From: Microbacteriaceae bacterium
Lineage (GTDB): Bacteria; Actinomycetota; Actinomycetes; Actinomycetales; Microbacteriaceae
Length of the DNA stretch: 64,000 nt
Assembly: GCA_003852775.1 (NCBI GenBank)
Contig: RDDZ01000129.1
Coordinates: 2,857 to 66,856, forward strand
Direction: 5' to 3'
Positions within the stretch are counted from its first letter, which is position 1. The number at the start of each line of letters is the position of its first letter. A model generated the notes under the pieces. That model worked only from the letters and a program-made list of their open reading frames with translations, did not search any database and had not been told where the DNA came from. Of the stretch, positions 10,241-19,065 are shown piece by piece. Both the position numbers and the translations under genes were made by a program.

Positions 10241-11538
10241 GGCTGGAAGTCGCTCGCGTCCCACTCGCATGACCGGATGTTCGCCGTGTGGGCTTGAACC
10301 CAAGCTCGCGCGGAAGCGTTGTCAAGTGAATACAGGCGATCGAGGGCGTCCACGACGCGCGGGTCGTTGCTCCAGGCGCCCACTCCAAGCGCGGTATCTC
10401 CGGTAAGCCATGCCTGCATGACGACGACACCGCCCAGCCCGAAGTCGCCAGCCGGCCCGTCTTGGCCGGCCTGGGTGCAGTTCATGACGTCGACGAGCGC
10501 ACCTTCGACAGAGAACCTAGCGATCTCTGTCGACTGGGGATTCAGATAAAGGCGCGCGAATCCTTGTGGTGCCCCTTGGTGGTCTGAGTCGAGTTGCTGC
10601 TCAAGCTTGTCGAACGCGAGGTCGCTTTCGGAGAAGAGATCGGCGATTCTGCTCCAGGTGTCGGTGAGTTCATCGGCCACCGGGGCGTAGTGCTCGCGAA
10701 CGCGAATGGTGAGGCCCGTATCCGCATCATTCAGGGTGATGAACGCAAGTTCTGCAGGAGCAGGCTCGCGGCTAGTCCGGCCTTGTTGCCCGATCATCAC
10801 GCCTAGGCCCGAGACGATCACGGCTCCGGCAACGATCATCGTCAGGATGGCCGGTGACCTGTAAGCACGGCGGCGTATGAAGCTGGCGGCCGCGAACACG
10901 ACAGCCGCACCGACCGAGACGAGAGCGGCGCCGCCGAAGAACATCGCGTTGGGAAGGCTCGCGTCGATCGCCACGTACTTGCGGAAGATGTTGATCCACG
11001 TGGCCACGTCGCCCGCGCGCCCAGCGAGAGTCGCGCCGTAGAGGGCAAGCGGGAGCACCGTCGCGACTGGTATCGCTGACCAATGCTGAATCGTCTCCGC
11101 GAGCGCGAAACCGATCGTCGTGAAGCTGAGAACCAGCGCAAGGGAATGCAGAAGCAAGATCGGCTCCGGGACTCCGTACAGCCCAATGAGCATCGACCTG
11201 AGCACGAGGACGAGCGCGATGCAGATCCAGGCCGCGACAACCCACGCGATCCCGCCCAGATAGCGCGGAAGAACGCTCAGCGGCGCCGGGATCGCGGAGG
11301 TCCGTCGTGCGTACTCAACGCGGCGCCGCTCATCCCGTAGTCCTTCCCATGCCCCCGCGCCCGCGAGGAACGGAGTGAGGAAGTAGGCAACGTCGAGCAT
11401 CGACGACTCGATCGAAACCCACGCAGCGATCCTGGGGAAGCTGTTCAGCCAGCCGATTGTCGCGCCCGCCAGAGCGAAGATCGGTGCCCAGTAGCGGAAC
11501 CCCGAGTGCCTCAGCTCAATGAGGAATGGGCGCTTCAT
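10237..11538 (-). CDS. membrane protein with an N-terminal multi-TMS permease-like region and a roughly 170-aa C-terminal soluble (likely extracytoplasmic) domain
   Basis: 433 aa; ATGA overlap with the ATPase stop; the C-terminal domain contains 2 Cys. Confidence 0.7.
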   Translation of the reverse strand: MKRPFLIELRHSGFRYWAPIFALAGATIGWLNSFPRIAAWVSIESSMLDVAYFLTPFLAGAGAWEGLRDERRRVEYARRTSAIPAPLSVLPRYLGGIAWVVAAWICIALVLVLRSMLIGLYGVPEPILLLHSLALVLSFTTIGFALAETIQHWSAIPVATVLPLALYGATLAGRAGDVATWINIFRKYVAIDASLPNAMFFGGAALVSVGAAVVFAAASFIRRRAYRSPAILTMIVAGAVIVSGLGVMIGQQGRTSREPAPAELAFITLNDADTGLTIRVREHYAPVADELTDTWSRIADLFSESDLAFDKLEQQLDSDHQGAPQGFARLYLNPQSTEIARFSVEGALVDVMNCTQAGQDGPAGDFGLGGVVVMQAWLTGDTALGVGAWSNDPRVVDALDRLYSLDNASARAWVQAHTANIRSCEWDASDFQP

Positions 11539-12332
11539 GCACTGGCCTGTCGGGTCTGATTGGCTCGCTGGACGAGCGCAGTGTAGGCGCGTTCCAAGGG
11601 CGTATCGCCAGGCATCTTCGGGTCCTCTTCCGCGAGCATCTCGGGAACACTGCCGGCGAACACCGCTCGTCCGCCCTCCATGACGAGCACATGATCGGCG
11701 ATGGCCTTCACGTCCTCGATCAGGTGGGAGCTGATGACGACACAGCGGTCGGCGGCGAGCCCTCGCAGCGTGTCGCGGAATCGGATGCGCTGCTCGGGAT
11801 CCAGTCCCGCGGTCGGCTCGTCCAAGGCGAGCAGACGAGGTCGGTGGACGACGGCGCTGGCGATCCCCGCACGCCGCAGCATTCCTCCAGAGAGACGTCC
11901 AAGTTTGGTGCGCCGGTGGGCGGTGAGGTCGACGAGTGCCAGCGCGTCCGCGATGAACTCGGGCCGCGCCGTCGTGGGCACTCGTTTGAGCCAGGCCGCG
12001 TACTCGAGGAACTCCTGCACGGTGAAGCCGGGGATGTAGCCGAACTGCTGGGGCAGGAATCCGACCTGGCGCATTAGCTGGAGGCGGTCTCGCTCGGTGG
12101 CAGGGAGGTTCACGCCGAGCACGCTGAGTTGCCCGGCGTGAACCCTCTGCATGGTCACGATCGCGTTGAGGAGCGTCGTCTTTCCTGCGCCGTTGCGTCC
12201 TACGAGAGCGTTGACCCCGTTGTCGAAGCGCAACGTCACGTCGTCGACGGCGGCAGTCGCTGCCCGCCGGTAGCGGATGGTCAACCCATGCGCGACTGCC
12301 CCTGATGCGTGCTCCGATGGCGATCGGCCCAT
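11535..12332 (-). CDS. ABC transporter ATP-binding protein
   Basis: Walker A GRNGAGKTT, signature LSGGMLRR, Walker B LLALDEP; ATG at 12332 behind GAGGAAGGAAG. Confidence 0.9.
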   Translation of the reverse strand: MGRSPSEHASGAVAHGLTIRYRRAATAAVDDVTLRFDNGVNALVGRNGAGKTTLLNAIVTMQRVHAGQLSVLGVNLPATERDRLQLMRQVGFLPQQFGYIPGFTVQEFLEYAAWLKRVPTTARPEFIADALALVDLTAHRRTKLGRLSGGMLRRAGIASAVVHRPRLLALDEPTAGLDPEQRIRFRDTLRGLAADRCVVISSHLIEDVKAIADHVLVMEGGRAVFAGSVPEMLAEEDPKMPGDTPLERAYTALVQRANQTRQASA

Positions 12333-12354
12333 ATGCACTTCCTTCCTCGGACGG

Positions 12355-12753
12355 TCAGCACGTCGCCTTGAGCGTGCCGCTGTTCCCGCTGTTGACCTCG
12401 AAGTTGATGCCGGCCTCGGAGAAGTAGACGTGGTCATTGCCATCGTCGCAGCCGTTCGCGCCGACGTAGTAGTCCTTCTTGTTGCCGGAGTCGCTGCCGC
12501 TGGCGATGATCGGGTGCCACCACCCCTCGCTGCGGTGCACTTCCAGCAGCAGGGTCCGCGTCGCGGTGTTGCTGCAGCTGGCGGAGCCCCATCCGTGGAT
12601 GTAGCTGCCGCTCTTGTAGGGCGTGCCGGAGATGACGGTGCAGTTCCCGTCGGTGGCACTGCCGTCGGCGAAGGCGGCGTAACCGCCGACACCGACCAGC
12701 GCGGTCGACAGAACCGCAGCTCCGGCGGCCGCGAGGATCTTCTTCATACGCAT
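12355..12753 (-). CDS. small secreted 4-Cys protein of unknown family (Sec signal peptide)
   Basis: MRMKKILAAAGAAVLSTALVGVGGYAAFA signal; the mature roughly 100 aa are Gly/Ser/Trp-rich; GGGAG lies 8 nt before the ATG. Confidence 0.7.
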   Translation of the reverse strand: MRMKKILAAAGAAVLSTALVGVGGYAAFADGSATDGNCTVISGTPYKSGSYIHGWGSASCSNTATRTLLLEVHRSEGWWHPIIASGSDSGNKKDYYVGANGCDDGNDHVYFSEAGINFEVNSGNSGTLKATC

Positions 12754-12840
12754 GATGCGACTCCCACACTCATTTGCCATCTCGAGTTCGCCAACTTCGC
12801 CGAACTCGCCCGGGCCGGGATCGACCCGTCTACAGAACTG

Positions 12841-12866
12841 GTTTGGCAGCGGCCCGTTTCCTTACA
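12841..12866 (-). promoter_or_regulatory. island motif copy e: TGTAAGGAAAC-GGGCCGCTGC-CAAAC
   Basis: read directly; 88 nt upstream of the start at 12753 and oriented toward it. Confidence 0.6.
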
Positions 12867-12892
12867 CAATCGGCCCCGGCGAGGGTGCAGTC

Positions 12893-13384
12893 TCAGCTCA
12901 CGCAGGTGAGCTGAGTGATGCCCGCGGGGGCGTAGGCGATCGAGTCGCCGTGGCTCACGCTGGCGAGGACACTGCCGCTGGAGTTCTTCGCCTGCACGTA
13001 TCCACTGCCATGCGCGTTGGCAAGGGAACGCACTGCGCTTAGCACGGAGGTGGAAACGGTAGTGTCGCAGGCGGACAGGCTAAGCTTGCTGCCAGAGAGT
13101 GCATACCCCGAGTAGGCGCAGTGATAGCCGGTGGCGCAGGAGCCGACGGACAGTGGACTGAGCTGGCTCGGATCATCGAGCGTGAGGATCATGGCGCGGT
13201 CGTGCCAGGCGATCTCGTTCGGCGCGGTCTGCGTTCCGCCGGGGAACTCTGCGAGGACCGCGTCGATGCGGGCCTGCAGAGCACTCTCGCCGGGGGTCTC
13301 GGTCGCGCTGGCGGCGATCGGCGTGCTCAACATCAGGGCGAGCCATGTCACGCAGCCACCTCGGCGATAGACAAGCCCTCCCAA
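12893..13384 (-). CDS. secreted protein, paralog of 21932..22432; the C-terminal Cys-containing domain has a C-x2-G-x2-C-aromatic motif reminiscent of peptidase-inhibitor I36/SMPI-like domains
   Basis: about half of positions match the paralog by eye (LQARIDAVLAE[FY]PGG..NEIAW, SC[AT][TA]G[YH][HY]CAY.GY.LSGSKLS); start uncertain (TTG 13384, GTG 13351 or ATG 13333). Confidence 0.65.
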   Translation of the reverse strand: MGGLVYRRGGCVTWLALMLSTPIAASATETPGESALQARIDAVLAEFPGGTQTAPNEIAWHDRAMILTLDDPSQLSPLSVGSCATGYHCAYSGYALSGSKLSLSACDTTVSTSVLSAVRSLANAHGSGYVQAKNSSGSVLASVSHGDSIAYAPAGITQLTCVS

Positions 13385-13752
13385 TAGGTGAGGTGGATTG
13401 CAGGGGCGTCCTGCGCCGGCAATCGCGTCATCGCTAGGCGAAGCTCGACATCCTCGAGGTCCCCATCCCAAGTTGCCACCTCCTGCAACTCCTCCATCAC
13501 CTGCTGTCGCATCCAGGCTTGCTGCGTCGCACGACGTTGATGCTCATTGCCGATGAGATTCCTTGCTGTCCGCAGTAGCCAGCGGATCGTGATCGTGGTG
13601 CCAGACAGATGCTTCTCCAGCGCCCGAGCGAACGCCTCAGCCGTCAGGTCTTCGGCCAGCTCTCGGTTGTCGACTCGCTGGCAGATGTACCGTTCGATCG
13701 TCCGATAGCTGCGTTCGTAGAGGCTCGTGAAGAGCTGAATGTCTGGCTCCAC
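13348..13752 (-). CDS. ECF sigma-70 paralog truncated inside region 4.2 (lacks the -35 recognition helix)
   Basis: aligns with the 20402..20935 sigma through ...LTYWEGLSIAEVAA and then stops; GTG start 45 nt downstream of motif copy d. Confidence 0.6.
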   Translation of the reverse strand: MEPDIQLFTSLYERSYRTIERYICQRVDNRELAEDLTAEAFARALEKHLSGTTITIRWLLRTARNLIGNEHQRRATQQAWMRQQVMEELQEVATWDGDLEDVELRLAMTRLPAQDAPAIHLTYWEGLSIAEVAA

Positions 13753-13796
13753 GTGCCTCCCCTCTCACGCTGGGACAACACCGTCCCGCATATACA

Positions 13797-13822
13797 GTTT
13801 GGCGAGAGCCCGAATCCTTACA
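13797..13822 (-). promoter_or_regulatory. island motif copy d: TGTAAGGATTC-GGGCTCTCGC-CAAAC
   Basis: read directly; precedes the truncated sigma gene. Confidence 0.6.
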
Positions 13823-13910
13823 CGCGGATTGGATTCTTGCTCCGCCTCCCTCAGCGGGTTGTCGGCGACCGTCCGATCAACCTCCGACGGGTGAGCCCTA
13901 CGATCGCACC

Positions 13911-14243
13911 GTGGACGACACTGCGGATCTGAGCGACGAGGTCGCCCGCTCGCTCGCCCGCAAGGCGTTCGCGTACCACATGATGAGCATCGAGCTCGGG
14001 CCGATGTCCGGGGCCAGCATCCGCGACACGCTGCTCATGGTGTGGCAGGACGCGGGCAGTCCGCCCGGCGCCTTCACGCGCGCTGCGCGGGTCGCAGCGA
14101 TCCTGGTCGACCGCATGGCCGAGTCGGACGAGGACGAGGACGATCCGCTGCGCGGGCTCGGCGTCTCCCGTGAGCAGCAGATCGCCATCGCCCAGCAGGG
14201 GGCAGCCTTCCTCACGACGCTCGCGCGCGAACTCGAGGGATAG
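13911..14243 (+). CDS. hypothetical acidic cytoplasmic protein
   Basis: 110-aa ORF with ordinary composition and no signal peptide; the only plus-strand ORF in this part of the island. Confidence 0.45.
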   Translation: MDDTADLSDEVARSLARKAFAYHMMSIELGPMSGASIRDTLLMVWQDAGSPPGAFTRAARVAAILVDRMAESDEDEDDPLRGLGVSREQQIAIAQQGAAFLTTLARELEG

Positions 14244-14290
14244 CCGCACCGGGAGCCGGTGCGCGGCGCCAGCTCAGGTCATCTCGAGCG

Positions 14291-14689
14291 TCAGTCCTCG
14301 AAATGGAAGGGCCCCGGGCATGACCTGATCGGATTGTCCGGCGCCGTGCGAACGTCGAGACGCTCGTCGACCAGCGTCGTCCCGTCGCTCATGGTCACCA
14401 CCACACGAGCGATCGTCGGTGGATTGATCGAGTCTCCGCTTCGGTAGGGCTGCTCCTGCGGGATCCCGAGTCGACCGTCACCGTCGATCGCGACCTCTGC
14501 CGGCGTACAGCCGTCATCGAGGCATGCCGACAAGATCGCGCCATCCGGCAGCGACCCCACGATCTTCACCGCGATCGGATCGGTGTTGATGTAGCCGACG
14601 GTCGTGCATGCGCAGCCGGAGAGCACCACCGGCAGGGCTGGCAGCAACGCGACCGCGACCCCGAGACGGAGTAGTCGCGGTGCCTTCAT
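14291..14689 (-). CDS. lipoprotein of unknown function
   Basis: MKAPRLLRLGVAVALLPALPVVLSGC lipobox; several Cys in the mature part. Confidence 0.65.
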   Translation of the reverse strand: MKAPRLLRLGVAVALLPALPVVLSGCACTTVGYINTDPIAVKIVGSLPDGAILSACLDDGCTPAEVAIDGDGRLGIPQEQPYRSGDSINPPTIARVVVTMSDGTTLVDERLDVRTAPDNPIRSCPGPFHFED

Positions 14690-14762
14690 GGTCAAGATGC
14701 TAAGCCGCGGGGGTTTCGGGCCGTCGCTGTGGCGAGTGGCCTGCGACATCTCCGAGGTCGTA

Positions 14763-15407
14763 TTAGGTCCCGTAGATGCTCTCGGGGGTCTGCGGGCAGT
14801 TCGCGAAGACTCTCTTCATGTCGGCCTCTGCAATGGCGATGTCCTCGAACGGCGACCATCCCGCGTTCGTCTGGATGAACACGGCCACGCTGGGCGGGTC
14901 GGGCTCGACGCTGTATCCCTCCCTCTCAAGACAGCTCACGAGCTCACCTGTCCGGTACTCGTAGAGCCTGGTCAACGCATCGGTCGACAGCGGGGTCATG
15001 TACTTGAGTTGGGTGGGGTACTTCAGCTCGCACGTATAGATCGCCAGATTCAAGGACTGGCGGAGAGTGGGGTCTTCGATCGGCGGGTAGCGGATCCCTT
15101 GTCCGTCGGCCGTTTCCGTGGCATCGAATCCCGCTTCTTGGAGGCATGCGATCTGCGTCGGTGCCCACTCGTTGAGGGTGATGAGCCGGACGAGCTCCAC
15201 CTTGGGGGGATCAACGATCCCGAGTTGGCCCGCGAGAGCAGTCGCAGTCTCATCCAGGTAGGCGCGGGTGGCGGAGTCCACTTCCGTTGCGCTCGAGTCG
15301 CTCGAGTCCGGGGGGTTTAGGGGGTCACGTTGAGGCGTGCACGCAGTGATGGTGAGCGCAACCGTGCTCACCATCACCGCGACTAGTGCCGTTCGAAGAG
15401 CCTTCAC
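14763..15407 (-). CDS. lipoprotein, paralog of 19414..20076
   Basis: VKALRTALVAVMVSTVALTITAC lipobox; GTGA overlap with the upstream small gene; shared blocks IYTC.[LI][KR]YP, PDPPS[VL].VF. Confidence 0.7.
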   Translation of the reverse strand: MKALRTALVAVMVSTVALTITACTPQRDPLNPPDSSDSSATEVDSATRAYLDETATALAGQLGIVDPPKVELVRLITLNEWAPTQIACLQEAGFDATETADGQGIRYPPIEDPTLRQSLNLAIYTCELKYPTQLKYMTPLSTDALTRLYEYRTGELVSCLEREGYSVEPDPPSVAVFIQTNAGWSPFEDIAIAEADMKRVFANCPQTPESIYGT

Positions 15408-15781
15408 GAATGGCAGACCGCGTTCCCGTAGGTGATGTCGCCGCCGATTCCGGTGAGGAACACCCGCCAGTAGTAGACGGTCGAGTAGCTGGTGAGCGAC
15501 CACCTCGTCTGCGAGGTGCTGCCGTTGTTCCAGTGGTCCAGGACGATGTAGTTGGCCTCGTGGTTGATGCCGCCGGTTGACGTCGACTGCACCTGCACGT
15601 GTGGCACCGAGCCGGAACAGACCTTGTTGTAGCCGTCGATCTGCGAAGCAGCCGAGGCCGCGACTGCCGGCACGACGGCCGCCGCCAGACCGACGGCGAG
15701 TGCGGCCGCGATCACCCGTGTCTTGCCCATGCGCTTCGTCGACCCTGGCTTGACAGCCGATCGTGGGCTTCGTCTCAGCAT
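15404..15781 (-). CDS. small secreted protein bracketed by two Cys, unknown family
   Basis: ATG at 15781 behind GAAGGAGGA; signal ...AVVPAVAASAAS; the mature roughly 80 aa have Cys near both ends. Confidence 0.7.
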   Translation of the reverse strand: MLRRSPRSAVKPGSTKRMGKTRVIAAALAVGLAAAVVPAVAASAASQIDGYNKVCSGSVPHVQVQSTSTGGINHEANYIVLDHWNNGSTSQTRWSLTSYSTVYYWRVFLTGIGGDITYGNAVCHS

Positions 15782-15832
15782 GATGTCCTCCTTCATCTTC
15801 GACCTTCATCTTCAACTGCCCTTGACTGTTCT

Positions 15833-15858
15833 GTTTGCCGAGTCGGCGAATCCTTACA
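15833..15858 (-). promoter_or_regulatory. island motif copy a: TGTAAGGATTC-GCCGACTCGG-CAAAC
   Basis: read directly; 52 nt upstream of the start at 15781. Confidence 0.6.
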
Positions 15859-15936
15859 AGATCTCGACCTTGTGAGGAGGGCGCCGCAGCTGATTCCGAT
15901 TGATCCCATGCAGCGATCCGGCGCGGTGCACTGTCT

Positions 15937-17046
15937 CTAGGGCACCCGCAGCTCACGGATCGGATCACGTCGTGCGGCGACAACGGCGGGGATCAAGGCC
16001 GCGACGACGCTCACGGCGATCGCTAGAACCGCGATTGCGGCGGTGAAGGCCAAGCCGGGGAGTGGATCGCCGCTGAACGCCAGCACCATGCTCGCAACGC
16101 CCGAACCGAGTGCAGCGCCGAGGGTCGCGAGTACGAGAGTTTGGGTGAGGAGGATGCTCACGATCAGTCCGCGGGTGGCGCCCAGGGCTCGGCGCCGACC
16201 GAAGTCCTTGCGGCGCAGCGTGACGAGCCCGGTCAGGATCGCCGCGACGAGTAGCCCACTGACGGCGAGGATCAGCAATACCAAACCACGTCCGAAGGCG
16301 CCGAGCTGCCCCTGCACAAGGGCCCGCAGCTGTGCCAGGGCCTCGCTCGTGGTGATCGTGATCTTGGTCGGGTCGTCGACGGCGAGCAAGGACTGTACCG
16401 CTGGGGCAACTGCAGCGACGAGGTCTGGCCGCTCGGCCACGACGACGAGCACGGCGACCGGTTCCGGCTCGACCGGTGCCCGTGGCACGAACAGGGCGGG
16501 CTCGAGAAACCCGAGCCAGTCTGGAATGTCCATTTGCCCGGCGACGGGGTAGTTCGCGCCGCTCTGGTTGGTGACGGAGCCTGCGTGGTCGACGAGACCG
16601 AGCTGCCCGAGCGACAGGGCGGTTCCCCAGGCAGTCGAACCCGGTAGCGCGGACGACTCGGGGATTCCGATCGACGTCAGGTGCGCGCCATAGGCGAAGC
16701 GAGCCGCGACCTTCGTTCCGTCCGGGATCAGCGTGTTGGTCACGTCGAAGGCAGGTCCGAACGCGGCGACCCATTCGATGCCGTCCACGGTGCTCAGCCG
16801 CGTCACGACCGAACTTGTCAGCCCGGCGGCGGGTTCGGCGCGCACGATGGTCGTCCGGGTTCCGGCGGAGTCGATCGAGCCGAGGACAGCCTGCTCCGCG
16901 CCGACGGTGCGGCCGGTGGTCAGCAGGACGGTTGCGCACAGCCCGGCGACCATGATGATGGTCGCGATGGAGGCGATCGGGCTGGACGCCGCGGCAGCTA
17001 GCGCCTCGCGGATGACGCCGCCGAGTCGGCGGAGCCCGGCGCTCAC
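15937..17046 (-). CDS. FtsX/MacB-type ABC permease (4 TMS with a large extracytoplasmic loop)
   Basis: TM1, a roughly 210-aa loop, then 3 C-terminal TMS; GTGA overlap with the ATPase stop. Confidence 0.8.
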   Translation of the reverse strand: MSAGLRRLGGVIREALAAAASSPIASIATIIMVAGLCATVLLTTGRTVGAEQAVLGSIDSAGTRTTIVRAEPAAGLTSSVVTRLSTVDGIEWVAAFGPAFDVTNTLIPDGTKVAARFAYGAHLTSIGIPESSALPGSTAWGTALSLGQLGLVDHAGSVTNQSGANYPVAGQMDIPDWLGFLEPALFVPRAPVEPEPVAVLVVVAERPDLVAAVAPAVQSLLAVDDPTKITITTSEALAQLRALVQGQLGAFGRGLVLLILAVSGLLVAAILTGLVTLRRKDFGRRRALGATRGLIVSILLTQTLVLATLGAALGSGVASMVLAFSGDPLPGLAFTAAIAVLAIAVSVVAALIPAVVAARRDPIRELRVP

Positions 17047-17684
17047 AGGGTGATGCTCCGATCGCAGCGTTCGACCAGGACCGGGTCGTGCGTCACGACG
17101 ATCACCGTCGCACCGCTGTCGGCGTGCTCGTGGAACGCGTCGACGACAACATCCGAGGATGCTGGGTCCAGGTTCCCGGTCGGTTCGTCGGCGAGCAGGA
17201 TCCGGGGTGTGCCCAGCAGTGCCCGGCACAGCGCGATGCGCTGCGCTTGCCCTCCGGATACCTGGCCAGGCTTCGCCTCGGACCGCAGCTGAACGCCGAA
17301 CCGTTCGAGAAGTCCCTCGGCGACCGGCACGGCCTCCGAGCGCGACTCGCCCCGATACAGCGCGGTCTCCAGCACGTTGTCGAGCACCGTGCGCGTGGCG
17401 TCGAGAGCCGCGTCCTGGAACACGAAGCCGAACTGCCGCGCCCGGAGCCTCGCCCGTGCCCGGTCGGGGAGGGATTGCACCGGCTCGCCGTCGAGCAGTA
17501 CCTGCCCCGCCGCAGGTGCGAGCATCAGTCCCAGCAGATACAGAAGGGTCGATTTCCCCCGACCGGAGGGGCCGGTGATCGCCACGACCTCCCCGGCGTT
17601 GAACGAGGCCGACCACTGGTCCAGCAGCGGTACGGTCGACTCGTAGCCGAACGTGAGATCCCGTGCATCGAGGAGTGCTGGCAT
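17043..17684 (-). CDS. ABC transporter ATP-binding protein (MacB/LolD-type)
   Basis: GPSGRGKST, VSGGQAQRIALCRAL, LLADEPTGNLD. Confidence 0.9.
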   Translation of the reverse strand: MPALLDARDLTFGYESTVPLLDQWSASFNAGEVVAITGPSGRGKSTLLYLLGLMLAPAAGQVLLDGEPVQSLPDRARARLRARQFGFVFQDAALDATRTVLDNVLETALYRGESRSEAVPVAEGLLERFGVQLRSEAKPGQVSGGQAQRIALCRALLGTPRILLADEPTGNLDPASSDVVVDAFHEHADSGATVIVVTHDPVLVERCDRSITL

Positions 17685-17688
17685 GGGG

Positions 17689-18780
17689 TCAGCCTCCGCT
17701 TGCCGGCACGCGCACGCGCAGGCCCGCGCTGACTCCCTCGATGACGGACATGCCTCGGGCGCTCGTCACGACGGTGACTCGGTGCTCGGTGCCGTCCTCC
17801 TCGAGCACAACGATCGTGCCGTCGGCGCGGGAGACCAGCGCGGCGCTCGGCACGGTCAGTCCCGTCACCGTCTCGACGGTCACGACTTGTGAGCGAAGCA
17901 GCGATTGCTCGGTGACGGAGATCGTGCCGCACTCGGTTCCGCACACCGGTGCGCCGTCGGCGCCGCCGAGGATCACGTCGATCGTCCCGCCCTGTTGCTG
18001 TGCAACCCGGTCGACGACGAACCCTTCCCAGGCTTGCCCGTCGGGTCCGGTGACCTCGACCCGCGTCCCATCGGGCATCATCCCGGACTGGGACTCGGTT
18101 ACCGGCACCCGGAACGTCGGGGCCGGCGGGAGGCCCAAGATGACGGGGTCGCTAGCGCCGAGTGACGCGCCGCGCACCACCTTGTCCGCATCGAGCGAGA
18201 TCCGCGTCGGCAGCGACGGCACGAATACCACGTCGCCCGCTTGCACCACACCGTCGACATCGACGCCGAGGCTCTCCTGCCACGCCTCGACCGCCGCCTG
18301 CGTCAGCCAACCGAAATCGCCCGAGACATCCCCCCTGTAGAAGCCGAGCTGGGTCAGCATCGCCTGGAGTTGTGCGACATCAGCCCCGGCCGTGTTTCTG
18401 GAGAGGGTTCGAAACGCGGGTACATCTCCCTGCGCGATCACTACGGGACGCAGGTTGACTGCATAGAGCACCGAGCCCACACTGACCTCCTGGCCGGCCG
18501 TGACCGAGACCGAGGTGACGGTGCCGCTCGCAAGGTTCGCAGCAATCGGGATCGGCTTCCACTCGGCCACGGTGTTCAGGTTGATGCTCGATCCGACCTC
18601 ACCGCGAACGACCTCCGCCGTCGTGAACGGCGTCGAATCCAGTACGTCGGGCGGAGGCGCGAAGATCGTGCTGCCCGCCCAGCCGACAGCTGCGCCCGCG
18701 GCCAAGAGAATGACGCCGCCGAGCACGCCACCGACCCACCAGCGGGCGCGAGACTTCGTACGACCTGATGACGAGTTCAT
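17689..18780 (-). CDS. membrane-anchored HlyD/MacA-like adaptor with an inserted peptidoglycan-binding-like repeat
   Basis: N-terminal TM; DVAQLQAMLTQLGFYRGDVSGDFGWLTQAAVEAWQ (PG_binding_1-like); beta-barrel-like C-terminus; ATG at 18780. Confidence 0.75.
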   Translation of the reverse strand: MNSSSGRTKSRARWWVGGVLGGVILLAAGAAVGWAGSTIFAPPPDVLDSTPFTTAEVVRGEVGSSINLNTVAEWKPIPIAANLASGTVTSVSVTAGQEVSVGSVLYAVNLRPVVIAQGDVPAFRTLSRNTAGADVAQLQAMLTQLGFYRGDVSGDFGWLTQAAVEAWQESLGVDVDGVVQAGDVVFVPSLPTRISLDADKVVRGASLGASDPVILGLPPAPTFRVPVTESQSGMMPDGTRVEVTGPDGQAWEGFVVDRVAQQQGGTIDVILGGADGAPVCGTECGTISVTEQSLLRSQVVTVETVTGLTVPSAALVSRADGTIVVLEEDGTEHRVTVVTSARGMSVIEGVSAGLRVRVPASGG

Positions 18781-19065
18781 GCGCCCCCTCTCGGCCGTAC
18801 CGATTCTTCCATCGAACACGGTTCCGCCGAACTCCCGCACAGCTTGGAGCTCGAGAAGCGGCCGCGTGAACGGGTGCAGTGGGTACTACCGAAGCGTCGT
18901 TGGCTCTCAATAAACAAGAGATAGGCCCTCCTAGGACTGCAGCGCGCCGGCGTCGGACGTGCGGGTGCCACAGGCACCACCCCGACCGCGTGCGTCGCGA
19001 TGATGCCTGCCGCTTGGAGTCGCGAATCGCGCGACGCCTTCATCGACTCCAGGTGATGCTCCCCG

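Noticed and set aside
18960-19040. Short GC hairpins (GTGCC-ACA-GGCAC at about 18966-18978; GTCGCG-AATCG-CGCGAC at about 19019-19036) as terminators after the small secreted gene.
   Set aside because: The stems are only 5-6 bp with no U tract. This is not distinguishable from background palindromes in high-GC DNA.
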